Shown here piece by piece: positions 48,325-56,291 of a stretch of 64,000 nt of DNA. Below the pieces are notes generated by a model. The model ran no database searches and had not been told where the DNA came from. It worked only from the letters and a program-made list of their open reading frames with translations. This DNA is from an uncultured Gammaproteobacteria bacterium (GTDB lineage Bacteria; Patescibacteriota; Patescibacteriia; Magasanikbacterales; GWA2-37-8). The position numbers and the translations under genes are program-made. Location of the stretch: assembly GCA_964619625.1 (NCBI GenBank), contig CAZUFD010000001.1, positions 59,316 to 123,315 on the forward strand. Reading direction: 5' to 3'. The first letter of the stretch is position 1, and every line of letters begins with the position of its first letter.

Positions 48325-48500
48325 AAGTATTTCCTTCGGTGTCTAGATAATATCCTTGCCAAGCCATACCTTCTATGGCAAATTTTGGCATAGCCACCAC
48401 ACCGCCTGCGTCGCAGAACATCGCTCCGGCGTTCGAATCCCTATGTGACCAAAGCAGTTTGGTCACATTTATATCTTATTCGCTACACTTCGTTTCGCTG

Positions 48501-48585
48501 CGGAGAGGGAGGGATTCGAACCCTCGGTGCCTTGCGGCACACAGCTTTAGCAAAGCTGCACAATCGACCACTCTGACACCTCTCC
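48501..48585 (-). tRNA. tRNA-Ser (anticodon GCU), type II with a long variable arm
   Basis: Acceptor GGAGAGG/CCTCTCC. Anticodon arm CAGCT-TTGCTAA-AGCTG. Variable-arm hairpin GTGCC-gcaa-GGCAC. T arm GAGGG-TTCGAAT-CCCTC. Discriminator G, and no CCA encoded. Confidence 0.8.
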
Positions 48586-48638
48586 AGGTGTTGGCTTTTA
48601 AATACCAAAGATTATATATTTTTGCTTAAAATAGGGAT

Positions 48639-48980
48639 TTAGTCAACTATTTTGTGCTGTTCCGGAGTCCATTGCGGGGCGTTGATAATAGATATTAATA
48701 ATTCATTGCCTTCTACCCAATAAATTTCTCCTTTTTCAAAATAATATAAATCGCCTTGGTTTAGAGCAAAATCGCCTTTTTCCGAATGAACAGTGCCAAA
48801 TCCGGAAATTACATAATACACTTCTTCACATCCGATGTTGCTTGCTCTATTCGCTTCCGGATAGCGGCCGTTAATTAGTGCGGTTGCATAACTAAAATTT
48901 TTGCTTGGGTATTCATATTCCCAAACAGTGCAATCTGGACAATTTTGTTTCTCCCTAGCTTCTGATTTTTTGATTAGCAT
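48639..48980 (-). CDS. Cupin-domain protein
   Basis: 113 aa. G.E.YYVISG..G.V.....F.L..GD cupin motifs. Confidence 0.6.
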   Translation of the reverse strand: MLIKKSEAREKQNCPDCTVWEYEYPSKNFSYATALINGRYPEANRASNIGCEEVYYVISGFGTVHSEKGDFALNQGDLYYFEKGEIYWVEGNELLISIINAPQWTPEQHKIVD

Positions 48981-49022
48981 AAATTTTTGTTGCCCGCCTA
49001 GACTAAAGCTTCAGCATGGCGC

Positions 49023-49112
49023 TGGCGGAGAGATAGAGATTCGAACTCTAGAGGCCCTTGCGGGCCCGGCAGTTTAGTAAACTGCTGCCTTAAACCACTC
49101 GGCCATCTCTCC
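49023..49112 (-). tRNA. Type II tRNA, Ser-like, with encoded CCA. The anticodon reads as ACU.
   Basis: Acceptor GGAGAGA/TCTCTCC. Ser-type D arm GCC-GAGTGGTTTAA-GGC. Anticodon arm GCAGT-TTACTAA-ACTGC. Variable-arm hairpin GGCCC-gcaa-GGGCC. T arm TAGAG-TTCGAAT-CTCTA. Discriminator G followed by CCA. Confidence 0.7.
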
Positions 49113-49217
49113 TAATTATATATTTTTTAGTAGCGATAGTGTACCAAAAAATCAGATAAAGTCAATATTGGTCTGTCTGTAATTTTTTTCAATTTTGGTA
49201 TATGATATTGTATAAAT

Positions 49218-50159
49218 ATGCATAAAGCTCTCAGGTTTCTTCTTAATACTATTTTAGCCACAATTATAATCGGTGGTTTTGTTTATTTTTTCCGTGCACC
49301 AATACGACATTCGTTAACTCAAATTCAAACGGAATATTTTCCTTGCCGCCAGCCGATTGCCTATAGCCTCGGTTCTTTTGATGAAAAATTTGGTATTTCC
49401 CAAAAAGATTTCCTAAGCGCCATTAGCGCCGCTGAACAAGTGTGGGAAGATCCGATTAGTAAAGACTTGTTCGCGTATAAGGAAGATGGGGGCTTAAAAA
49501 TAAACCTTATTTACGACAATCGTCAGGAAGCAACTGTAAAACTGCAGGAATTAGGTTTGAGCGTCAAAGATGATAGAGATTCGTATGAAGCCGTGAAGGC
49601 GAAATACGACGCCATGAAAGCCAGCTATCTTAAAGACAAGGCGGTGCTTGCTAACACAATTGCGGAATTTGAAGTTATGAAACGCAAATATGAAGCAGAC
49701 GTGGAATATTGGAACAGCCGAGGCGGCGCGCGCAAAGAAGCCTACGATAAATTGGAAGAAGACAGGCTGGCTTTAAACGCTAAAATTGATCAGATTAATC
49801 AAATGCAAAATAATTTGAACGCTAAGGTAAATAATATAAACGCGCTTGTCACGGTGCTTAACCGATTGGCTGCCTCGCTCAATATTACCGTAGATAAATA
49901 TAACCAAATTGGCGGAGAGTTGGGCGCAGAATTTGAAGAGGGTACATATCGTAGTGATCAAAGCGGTCAAGCTATAGATATTTATCAGTTTGATAATCGG
50001 GCCAAATTAATCCGAGTGCTAGCGCATGAACTTGGTCATGCGCTAGGTTTGGAACATGTGGAAGATGCGAAAGCTATAATGTATAGCTTTAATAATGGAA
50101 TTAATGATAAGCCTACAGACAGCGATCTGTCAGCGCTTAAGATGCTTTGTAATATTTAG
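49218..50159 (+). CDS. Membrane-anchored zinc metallopeptidase of the metzincin/matrixin type with a central coiled-coil
   Basis: N-terminal TM helix and a C-terminal HELGHALGLEH (HExxHxxGxxH) motif. Confidence 0.6.
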   Translation: MHKALRFLLNTILATIIIGGFVYFFRAPIRHSLTQIQTEYFPCRQPIAYSLGSFDEKFGISQKDFLSAISAAEQVWEDPISKDLFAYKEDGGLKINLIYDNRQEATVKLQELGLSVKDDRDSYEAVKAKYDAMKASYLKDKAVLANTIAEFEVMKRKYEADVEYWNSRGGARKEAYDKLEEDRLALNAKIDQINQMQNNLNAKVNNINALVTVLNRLAASLNITVDKYNQIGGELGAEFEEGTYRSDQSGQAIDIYQFDNRAKLIRVLAHELGHALGLEHVEDAKAIMYSFNNGINDKPTDSDLSALKMLCNI

Positions 50160-50270
50160 TTTGTCCCCATTCTTTCTTGGGCGTTTTATCCAAGTATGGT
50201 AAACTACATACACGCATTTGTGGTGTAATCACTTTTATACTGAATAACTGTAGAAATTTCTCTTTACTGT

Positions 50271-50951
50271 ATGATAAAACTAAGCGGCGTTACTAAAATT
50301 TATCCTACCGGCACCCCGGCCGTACGAAATCTAAACTTGCATATAGGTGCGGGTGATTTTGTGTCCATTGTGGGCCAGAGCGGTACGGGCAAAACAACGC
50401 TTGTAAAAATGCTGATTGCCGAAGAAAGACCCAATAAAGGCACGATAGAAATCGGCGATACGGATATTACCAAGATTAGTTCCAGTGATATTCCGTATTT
50501 GCGCCGGCAAATTGGCGTAGTTTTTCAGGATTATAAATTATTACCAAAGAGAACCGTATACGAAAATGTGGCTTTTGCTTTGGAAGTGGCCGGAGAAAAA
50601 AGAGATCGTATTCACCAGGTGGTGCCTCAAGTGCTAGAAATTGTAAATTTATCTCATAAAGCCAGCAGCTATCCGCCGCAATTATCCGGTGGCGAACAGC
50701 AGCGCACGGCTATTGCCAGATCGCTCGTGCACCGCCCAAAAATTATGATTGCCGATGAGCCGACCGGAAACTTGGATTCCATCAATACCGAAGAAATTAT
50801 TTCTATTTTAAAAAAAATAAATGAGTTTGGCACGACGATTATTTTGGTTACGCACAATCGCGAAGTGGTAAATCATTTGCGCCGCCGCGTTGTTACCATG
50901 CATGGCGGAGAGATAATCAGCGATGAACATGACGGTAAATACAAATTATAA
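50271..50951 (+). CDS. ftsE: Cell-division ABC ATPase FtsE
   Basis: Walker A GQSGTGKTT, signature LSGGEQQR, Walker B IMIADEPTG. Followed by ftsX. Confidence 0.9.
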   Translation: MIKLSGVTKIYPTGTPAVRNLNLHIGAGDFVSIVGQSGTGKTTLVKMLIAEERPNKGTIEIGDTDITKISSSDIPYLRRQIGVVFQDYKLLPKRTVYENVAFALEVAGEKRDRIHQVVPQVLEIVNLSHKASSYPPQLSGGEQQRTAIARSLVHRPKIMIADEPTGNLDSINTEEIISILKKINEFGTTIILVTHNREVVNHLRRRVVTMHGGEIISDEHDGKYKL

Positions 50952-50989
50952 GCGAAGCTTAAAATTTTGTCATCCTAGAAATTATAAAT

Positions 50990-51898
50990 ATGCTATCTTT
51001 TTTTAGAGTTTTAAAGTTCGCGCTCCAGGATTTGTGGCGAAATATCAGCTTGTCTTTCATGACGGTTTTTATTTTGGTTTTGATGCTGCTTTCCGTAAAC
51101 ACGCTGTGGTCTTTAGATGTACTAACCAAACAAGCCGTGGAAGCGGTAAAAAAACAAATTGATGTCAGCATATATTTTGTGCCGGAAGCCACGGAAAAAA
51201 ACGTGACTGAAATTAAAAATTATGTCATGCTGTTTCCCGAAGTAACGGATGTGCGAGTACAGACAAAGGAACAGGTGCTTGCCGATTTTCGCGAGAAACA
51301 TAAAAATCAAAAAGAAGCCTTGGAAGCGCTGGATGAACTTGGCGCCAATCCGTTTGGCCCGACCATGATTATAAAAACTAAAGAACCGAAGGACTATAAA
51401 AAAATCATAGATGCTTTAAACGTGCCGGAATACGAAAGTATTATTGAAGCCAAGAGCTTTGATAATCACGAAGAAGTCATTACGCGATTACAAAATATCA
51501 CTAACCGTATTGAACGAGTTGGTTTTGGCCTAACCATTTTATTTGCCTTGATTTCTTTCCTGATTATCTTTAATACTATTCGCGTGGCTATTGCTACCCA
51601 AAAGGTTGAAATTGGTATCAAGAGACTTGTGGGAGCCAGCAATTGGTTTATTCGCGGGCCATATTTGGTTGAATCGGTGATTTTTACCATTATTAGTGTT
51701 TCCTGCACGATTGGACTCGTATACCTTGCTCTACGTTGGATAGATCCGTATTTAGCGGTGATTTTGCCTAATGGATTCTCCTTGACAAATTACTTCTATT
51801 CTAATATGCTGATGCTGTTTGGAGCGCAAGCTCTGGCAGTACTTCTTCTTACAATGCTGTCCAGCCTTTTGGCTATGCGCAAACAGTTGAAAGTCTAA
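50990..51898 (+). CDS. ftsX: Cell-division permease FtsX
   Basis: One N-terminal TM helix, a periplasmic domain, then three C-terminal TM helices. The position after ftsE is typical. Confidence 0.85.
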   Translation: MLSFFRVLKFALQDLWRNISLSFMTVFILVLMLLSVNTLWSLDVLTKQAVEAVKKQIDVSIYFVPEATEKNVTEIKNYVMLFPEVTDVRVQTKEQVLADFREKHKNQKEALEALDELGANPFGPTMIIKTKEPKDYKKIIDALNVPEYESIIEAKSFDNHEEVITRLQNITNRIERVGFGLTILFALISFLIIFNTIRVAIATQKVEIGIKRLVGASNWFIRGPYLVESVIFTIISVSCTIGLVYLALRWIDPYLAVILPNGFSLTNYFYSNMLMLFGAQALAVLLLTMLSSLLAMRKQLKV

Positions 51899-51899
51899 C

Positions 51900-51970
51900 T
51901 CCGAGATCGTCTAATGGTAGGACAGCAGCCTTTGAAGCTGTTTATCCTGGTTCGAATCCAGGTCTCGGAA
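51900..51970 (+). tRNA. tRNA-Gln (anticodon UUG)
   Basis: Acceptor TCCGAGA/TCTCGGA. Anticodon arm GCAGC-CTTTGAA-GCTGT. T arm CCTGG-TTCGAAT-CCAGG. It begins 2 nt after the ftsX stop. Confidence 0.8.
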
Positions 51971-53206
51971 CTAATTTACGGTTACGATATAAATGAGGCC
52001 CGATTTGTCATCGGAAATATACATCGTGCCATTTGGCAGTGTGAGAATATCTACGGGTCTGCCGTAGGTTTTGTTTTTTTGTCCCAGCCAGCCGGAAATA
52101 AAATCTTCCATGCCGGTTATTTTTGGTTTATCGCCGCTATAATCCACATCTAGTTTTACAATTTTATAACCTGTCGGCGTCGTGCGATTCCAAGATCCGT
52201 GAAATGCCACGAGCAAGTGGCCTTTTAGATTATCCGGCCAGCCGGAATTTGGTATGAAAGATAGGCCCAGCGGTGCCGAGTGGGCGGGTAAGTCGTAAAA
52301 GCTTGGAGTTTCAAACGGTTCCATGCATGGATTGCGAATATAGGTATTTTTATCAAATTTTGTGTCGTGAATATTTTGTCCGTAACAAATTGGCCAGCCA
52401 TAATTTTTTTCGTTTTCCACGATGTTAATTTCATCCGGCGGCAGATCGTCTCCGAGGAAATCTCGTCCCATTTCGGTCGCCCATATCTTGCCGTTTTGCC
52501 AGGTAAAAAATACGGCATTACGCAGCCCGCGGGCATACTGTTTAAAGTCATTTCCATCTTTTTCCATGGAATAAATTGCCGCGCGACGAGCATCTTTTTC
52601 ATGGCATGTATCGCACGAAGATCCGATGGAAACATATAATCTTTTATCCGGACCAAAACCGATGGTGCGAGTGAAGTGCGTGCCTCTGGTTGGCAAGTCA
52701 ATTATTTTATGCAGCGTATCTTCCGAATATACGCGAACTTTTGATATGCGATGTTCTTCGGCAATGTAGAGCTCAAACGGATCATCAGGATTAAAGGCTA
52801 GGCCGTGCGGTTTGCGCAAGCCTTTAAAGATCGCGGTTTGCTTAGTAGCTTTTCCATCCTTTATTTCTATAAGCGTAACTTGTCCTTGTTTAGTTTGGCT
52901 GACCCATAGATTTCCCATGCTATCTACAGCTAAAACTCTGGCTCCGGGTACTTTTGCCAAGGTATTTATAGAAAAACCAGCCGGTAATTTTAAAGGAATG
53001 CCTGTATTGTTTACAGCCGGAGTAGATGTTTGGGGAGAAGAGGTGGGGGGAGTGTTTGTATTTGTTTCAGTTGAGGTTGGATTAATTTTTTCCGGAGGTT
53101 GTAAAGCTACCCATGCGCCGCGTAAATTTTGATAATAAAATACTCCCATGTAAATGATAAGGGATAGCGCGATCAGAGTGCCGATAATAAGGATTATTTT
53201 TTTCAT
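51971..53206 (-). CDS. PQQ-dependent sugar (glucose/sorbosone) dehydrogenase-like beta-propeller protein
   Basis: Signal/TM N-terminus. Conserved SGDH-family stretches (GLAFNPDDPFELYIAEEH, ...DGKNYGWPICYGQ..., SAPLGLSF...LLVAFHGSWNR). Confidence 0.75.
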   Translation of the reverse strand: MKKIILIIGTLIALSLIIYMGVFYYQNLRGAWVALQPPEKINPTSTETNTNTPPTSSPQTSTPAVNNTGIPLKLPAGFSINTLAKVPGARVLAVDSMGNLWVSQTKQGQVTLIEIKDGKATKQTAIFKGLRKPHGLAFNPDDPFELYIAEEHRISKVRVYSEDTLHKIIDLPTRGTHFTRTIGFGPDKRLYVSIGSSCDTCHEKDARRAAIYSMEKDGNDFKQYARGLRNAVFFTWQNGKIWATEMGRDFLGDDLPPDEINIVENEKNYGWPICYGQNIHDTKFDKNTYIRNPCMEPFETPSFYDLPAHSAPLGLSFIPNSGWPDNLKGHLLVAFHGSWNRTTPTGYKIVKLDVDYSGDKPKITGMEDFISGWLGQKNKTYGRPVDILTLPNGTMYISDDKSGLIYIVTVN

Positions 53207-53389
53207 ATTATATTTATCGTATCTCAGAAAGTGGTGCGGGTCAATAAAAAAACCACCGTAATATATGTGGTAAAAATAGAGCCCTCGGAAACGGAGATGC
53301 GCAGGCTACGGCAGACCGCGTTTGGGGAGGTAGTTGCCATACAGACTTTGCGCAGGAGGGGAGGAGGGTTGTCTGTACGCGTAACGCGC

Positions 53390-53745
53390 TGTGCTGCGGC
53401 AGCTGAGTCCAATCGGCACCATCCAAATTGTCTTAGATTTGCTTTCGCTCATCCCGAAGCCCACGGGCTCCATTTGGGCGATACCTACTGAACTGCCTAA
53501 TCTCCGTTTCCGAGTTCGCAATCATGGTATCAAATGCCTGTATCATTGTAAAGTTTGCAAAAACAAAAAACAACTTCTTGAGGAAGTGTTAAGTAAAACC
53601 GTCACCCAGAAGCCAGAGACGGGCCTTGCAAGGAGTAGAAAAGTCATTCGGGCCATCACGGGGGTGAGAGGCCGCCAAACAAATTTTCTACCGCATCCAA
53701 GCCTGAGGGAGCTTGGTGGCTTTAAATGTTGATTCTAGTTCTGCG
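53390..53745 (+). ncRNA. rnpB: Candidate RNase P RNA (rnpB). The ends are approximate.
   Basis: A 0.5-kb ORF-free, GC-richer stretch. GAAGCCCACGGGCUCCAUUUGGGCG at 53456-53480 resembles bacterial CR-I/P4-5' (GGAAAGUCCGGGCUCCAUAGGGCA). About 260 nt downstream, UGGUGGCUUUAAAUG at 53715-53729 resembles P4-3' (CCGGCUUAUCGG) and can pair with the 5' strand with one bulged nucleotide. The spacing matches that in the E. coli P RNA. Confidence 0.4.
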
Positions 53746-53892
53746 TTGGCCTATTGCTGAATCAACACTTTCCTGCATCTCTGACCTCTGGGGACTTAAG
53801 CTACTTATACCACAAAGTCATACTTTTGTCAATATTCAATATAAAGAATAGATTGTTTTTTCTTCTTTTTTTCGTTAAAATAATAGGTACAT

Positions 53893-54588
53893 ATGCCAAG
53901 GATAGTAGATCTAACATTAAACGGAAATAATTGGCAGGTTCACTTACGCGACGAAGCGGATGAGAGTGTGTTTAACGAAATATTTAAACTCCACGAGTAC
54001 CGCCGGGCCGAAGAAGTAATAGAAAATGCCAAATATCCAATCGTAGACGCGGGCGCTCACGCGGGATTTTTTTGCATGTATTGCCGAAGTAAGAATAAAA
54101 AGGTCAATATTTTTGCGATTGAACCTGAGCCGAATAATATTAAATTGCTAAGGGAGCATATAAAGAAAAATAAGATTGCCGGAGTGGAAGTGGTAGAGGC
54201 GGCCCTCTCCGTATCAAGCGGTTTAAGAAGTTTGTTGTTATCTGCGGATAGTCATAACCATAAACTGGCCGAATCGGAAGATTTTGATAAAGTATTAGAA
54301 GTCCAAACCTTTTCTTTTTTGGATTTTTGTAAAAAATACAAGATTAAAAAAATTTCTTTGTTAAAAATGGATATTGAGGGCGGCGAGTATGAGGTGTTTG
54401 ACGGTATGTCGGAAGCAGATTTTGCGATGGTAAATAACGTGATTTTGGAGTATCATGTAAGTAGGGAAAAGGCCATAGAACTTGAAGAAAAATTAAGAGT
54501 TAACGGTTTTGGCGTACAGATTTTTCCTTCCAAATTTGATAAAACTATGGGCTTTATCTTTGCCCGTAACAAAAGATTCAACGAGTAA
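53893..54588 (+). CDS. FkbM-family SAM-dependent methyltransferase
   Basis: DAGAHAGFF...IFAIEPEPNN...LKMDIEGGEYEV is the FkbM-domain pattern. Confidence 0.7.
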   Translation: MPRIVDLTLNGNNWQVHLRDEADESVFNEIFKLHEYRRAEEVIENAKYPIVDAGAHAGFFCMYCRSKNKKVNIFAIEPEPNNIKLLREHIKKNKIAGVEVVEAALSVSSGLRSLLLSADSHNHKLAESEDFDKVLEVQTFSFLDFCKKYKIKKISLLKMDIEGGEYEVFDGMSEADFAMVNNVILEYHVSREKAIELEEKLRVNGFGVQIFPSKFDKTMGFIFARNKRFNE

Positions 54589-54594
54589 TTAATT

Positions 54595-55926
54595 ATGTCA
54601 GAAAAACAGGCTTGGGTCGTGGCCGTGGATATGGGGTATGGCCATCAGCGCGCTGCCTATCCCTTACGGCATTTATCTCCCACCGGCAAAGTTATCATTG
54701 CCAATAATTATCAGGGTATCCCCAAAAAGGATTATAATATTTGGCATGAATCCGAAGTATTTTATGGGTTTGTCTCCCGACTTATTAATATTCCCTTAAT
54801 TGGAGAGAAGCTTTTTAATTTATACGATAAGTTGCAGGCCATTAGAGAGTTTTATCCGCGCCGTGATTTGTCTGCTCCCAGCACACAGTTGAAAGCCATG
54901 TATAGTCTAATAAAAAAAGGCTGGGGCAAGGATTTTATAAATTTTTTAAATACCAAAGACATTCCGCTCATCACCACGTTTTTTTCTGTGGCTTTTATGG
55001 CTGAAGAACATAAGTTTAAAAATGAAATCTATTTGGTATTATGTGACGCGGATATCAGTCGGGCTTGGGTGGCGATGAATCCTCAAAAAAGCCGGATAAA
55101 ATATTTGGCTCCCTGCCGCCGCGTGGTGGACAGGTTAAAACTATATAGGGTTCCCAGTAAAAATATTTTTCTAACCGGTTTTCCGTTGCCTGAAGAAAAT
55201 TTGGGCGATGATGGATTGCGTACGTTAAAATCGGATTTGTTATCTAGAATTCATAATTTGGATCCGCAAAAAAGATACAGACAGAAATATGCGGATACGG
55301 TAGCGAAATTTTTAAAAACTGCCGGTGAAGACATAAAACATCCGCACCATCCGCTTACGCTGACCTTTGCCGTGGGTGGAGCCGGCGCGCAAAAGAAAAT
55401 CGCCAAAGATATTTTATTTAGTCTTAAAAAAAGATTGTTGAAAGGCGATTTGCATTTAAATTTGATCGCCGGCACCCGCAATGACGTATATTTATATTTT
55501 CAAGAACAAATTTCTGAATGCGGACTTACAAAATTACTTGGCAAAAATATCAATGTTTTGTTTGCTTTGGAAAAAGAAGATTATTTCCAGCAATTTAACG
55601 AGCTGCTTCGCACCACCGATGTGCTTTGGACCAAGCCCAGTGAGCTGGTTTTCTATGCGGGTTTAGGCGTGCCGCTGATTATGGCTCCGTCTGTAGGCGC
55701 GCAGGAAATATTTAACCGCACTTGGCTTAAGACCATAAACGCCGGTATTGCCCAAAACAATCCCAAGTACGCTCACGAATGGCTGTTTGATTGGGTGGAT
55801 AGCGGCTGGCTGGCCGAGGCGGCCATGGCCGGGTTTTTGGATGGCCGGCAGTTCGGTGTTTCCAATATTACAGATGTGGTCTTTAACGGGGTAAAAGAGC
55901 CGGCCAAAAATTATCAGCTTATGTAG
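54595..55926 (+). CDS. Hypothetical protein, possibly a GT-B-fold glycosyltransferase-like enzyme
   Basis: The N-terminal MGYGHQRAA resembles the G-loop of MurG/MGDG-synthase-type enzymes. This is weak. Confidence 0.35.
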   Translation: MSEKQAWVVAVDMGYGHQRAAYPLRHLSPTGKVIIANNYQGIPKKDYNIWHESEVFYGFVSRLINIPLIGEKLFNLYDKLQAIREFYPRRDLSAPSTQLKAMYSLIKKGWGKDFINFLNTKDIPLITTFFSVAFMAEEHKFKNEIYLVLCDADISRAWVAMNPQKSRIKYLAPCRRVVDRLKLYRVPSKNIFLTGFPLPEENLGDDGLRTLKSDLLSRIHNLDPQKRYRQKYADTVAKFLKTAGEDIKHPHHPLTLTFAVGGAGAQKKIAKDILFSLKKRLLKGDLHLNLIAGTRNDVYLYFQEQISECGLTKLLGKNINVLFALEKEDYFQQFNELLRTTDVLWTKPSELVFYAGLGVPLIMAPSVGAQEIFNRTWLKTINAGIAQNNPKYAHEWLFDWVDSGWLAEAAMAGFLDGRQFGVSNITDVVFNGVKEPAKNYQLM

Positions 55927-55930
55927 CGCT

Positions 55931-56284
55931 TTGTTGGGTTCGGTTTTTGATTTAAATATTATGGAGGAAATAAGAAAACAAATTATTGAATTATTGGATG
56001 AGATTATAGTTTTTGAGGCCAAGTTTAAAAAAGAAATTTTAGACAAAACCGAAGATTTGACCGAGGATAGGCTGAAAGAGCTGGAAATTATTTTACTCGA
56101 GGTAAAAGAGTGGCAGCAAAAAACATTAGAGAAGATTTTAAAGGAGGATCCGGATTTTTATAATAGAATCCTGATTGCCAGGAGACAGGTTGAAGAAAAA
56201 ATATTAAATATGTATAAACAAAAAATAGCCGCGGAAGATCATGAGAAAATGCAAATTATTTTAAATAAAATAGACTCCTTATAA
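55931..56284 (+). CDS. Small coiled-coil hypothetical protein
   Basis: ORF with K/E-rich helical composition. Confidence 0.4.
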   Translation: MLGSVFDLNIMEEIRKQIIELLDEIIVFEAKFKKEILDKTEDLTEDRLKELEIILLEVKEWQQKTLEKILKEDPDFYNRILIARRQVEEKILNMYKQKIAAEDHEKMQIILNKIDSL

Positions 56285-56291
56285 ATAGCAT

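Noticed and set aside
48375-48629. 84-aa plus-strand ORF
   Set aside because: It fully contains tRNA-Ser(GCU) on the opposite strand.
53231-53732. Short ORFs (86 aa, 113 aa and others) in the 53.2-53.75 kb gap
   Set aside because: They overlap each other in different frames with no motifs. The region is better explained as a structured RNA, the candidate rnpB.
53220-53760. tmRNA or SRP RNA as alternative identities for the ORF-free region
   Set aside because: There is no tRNA-like T arm (GGTTCGAATCC flanked by G/C tracts), no ...AA* tag frame and no SRP domain-IV GGAAGCAGC motif on either strand.
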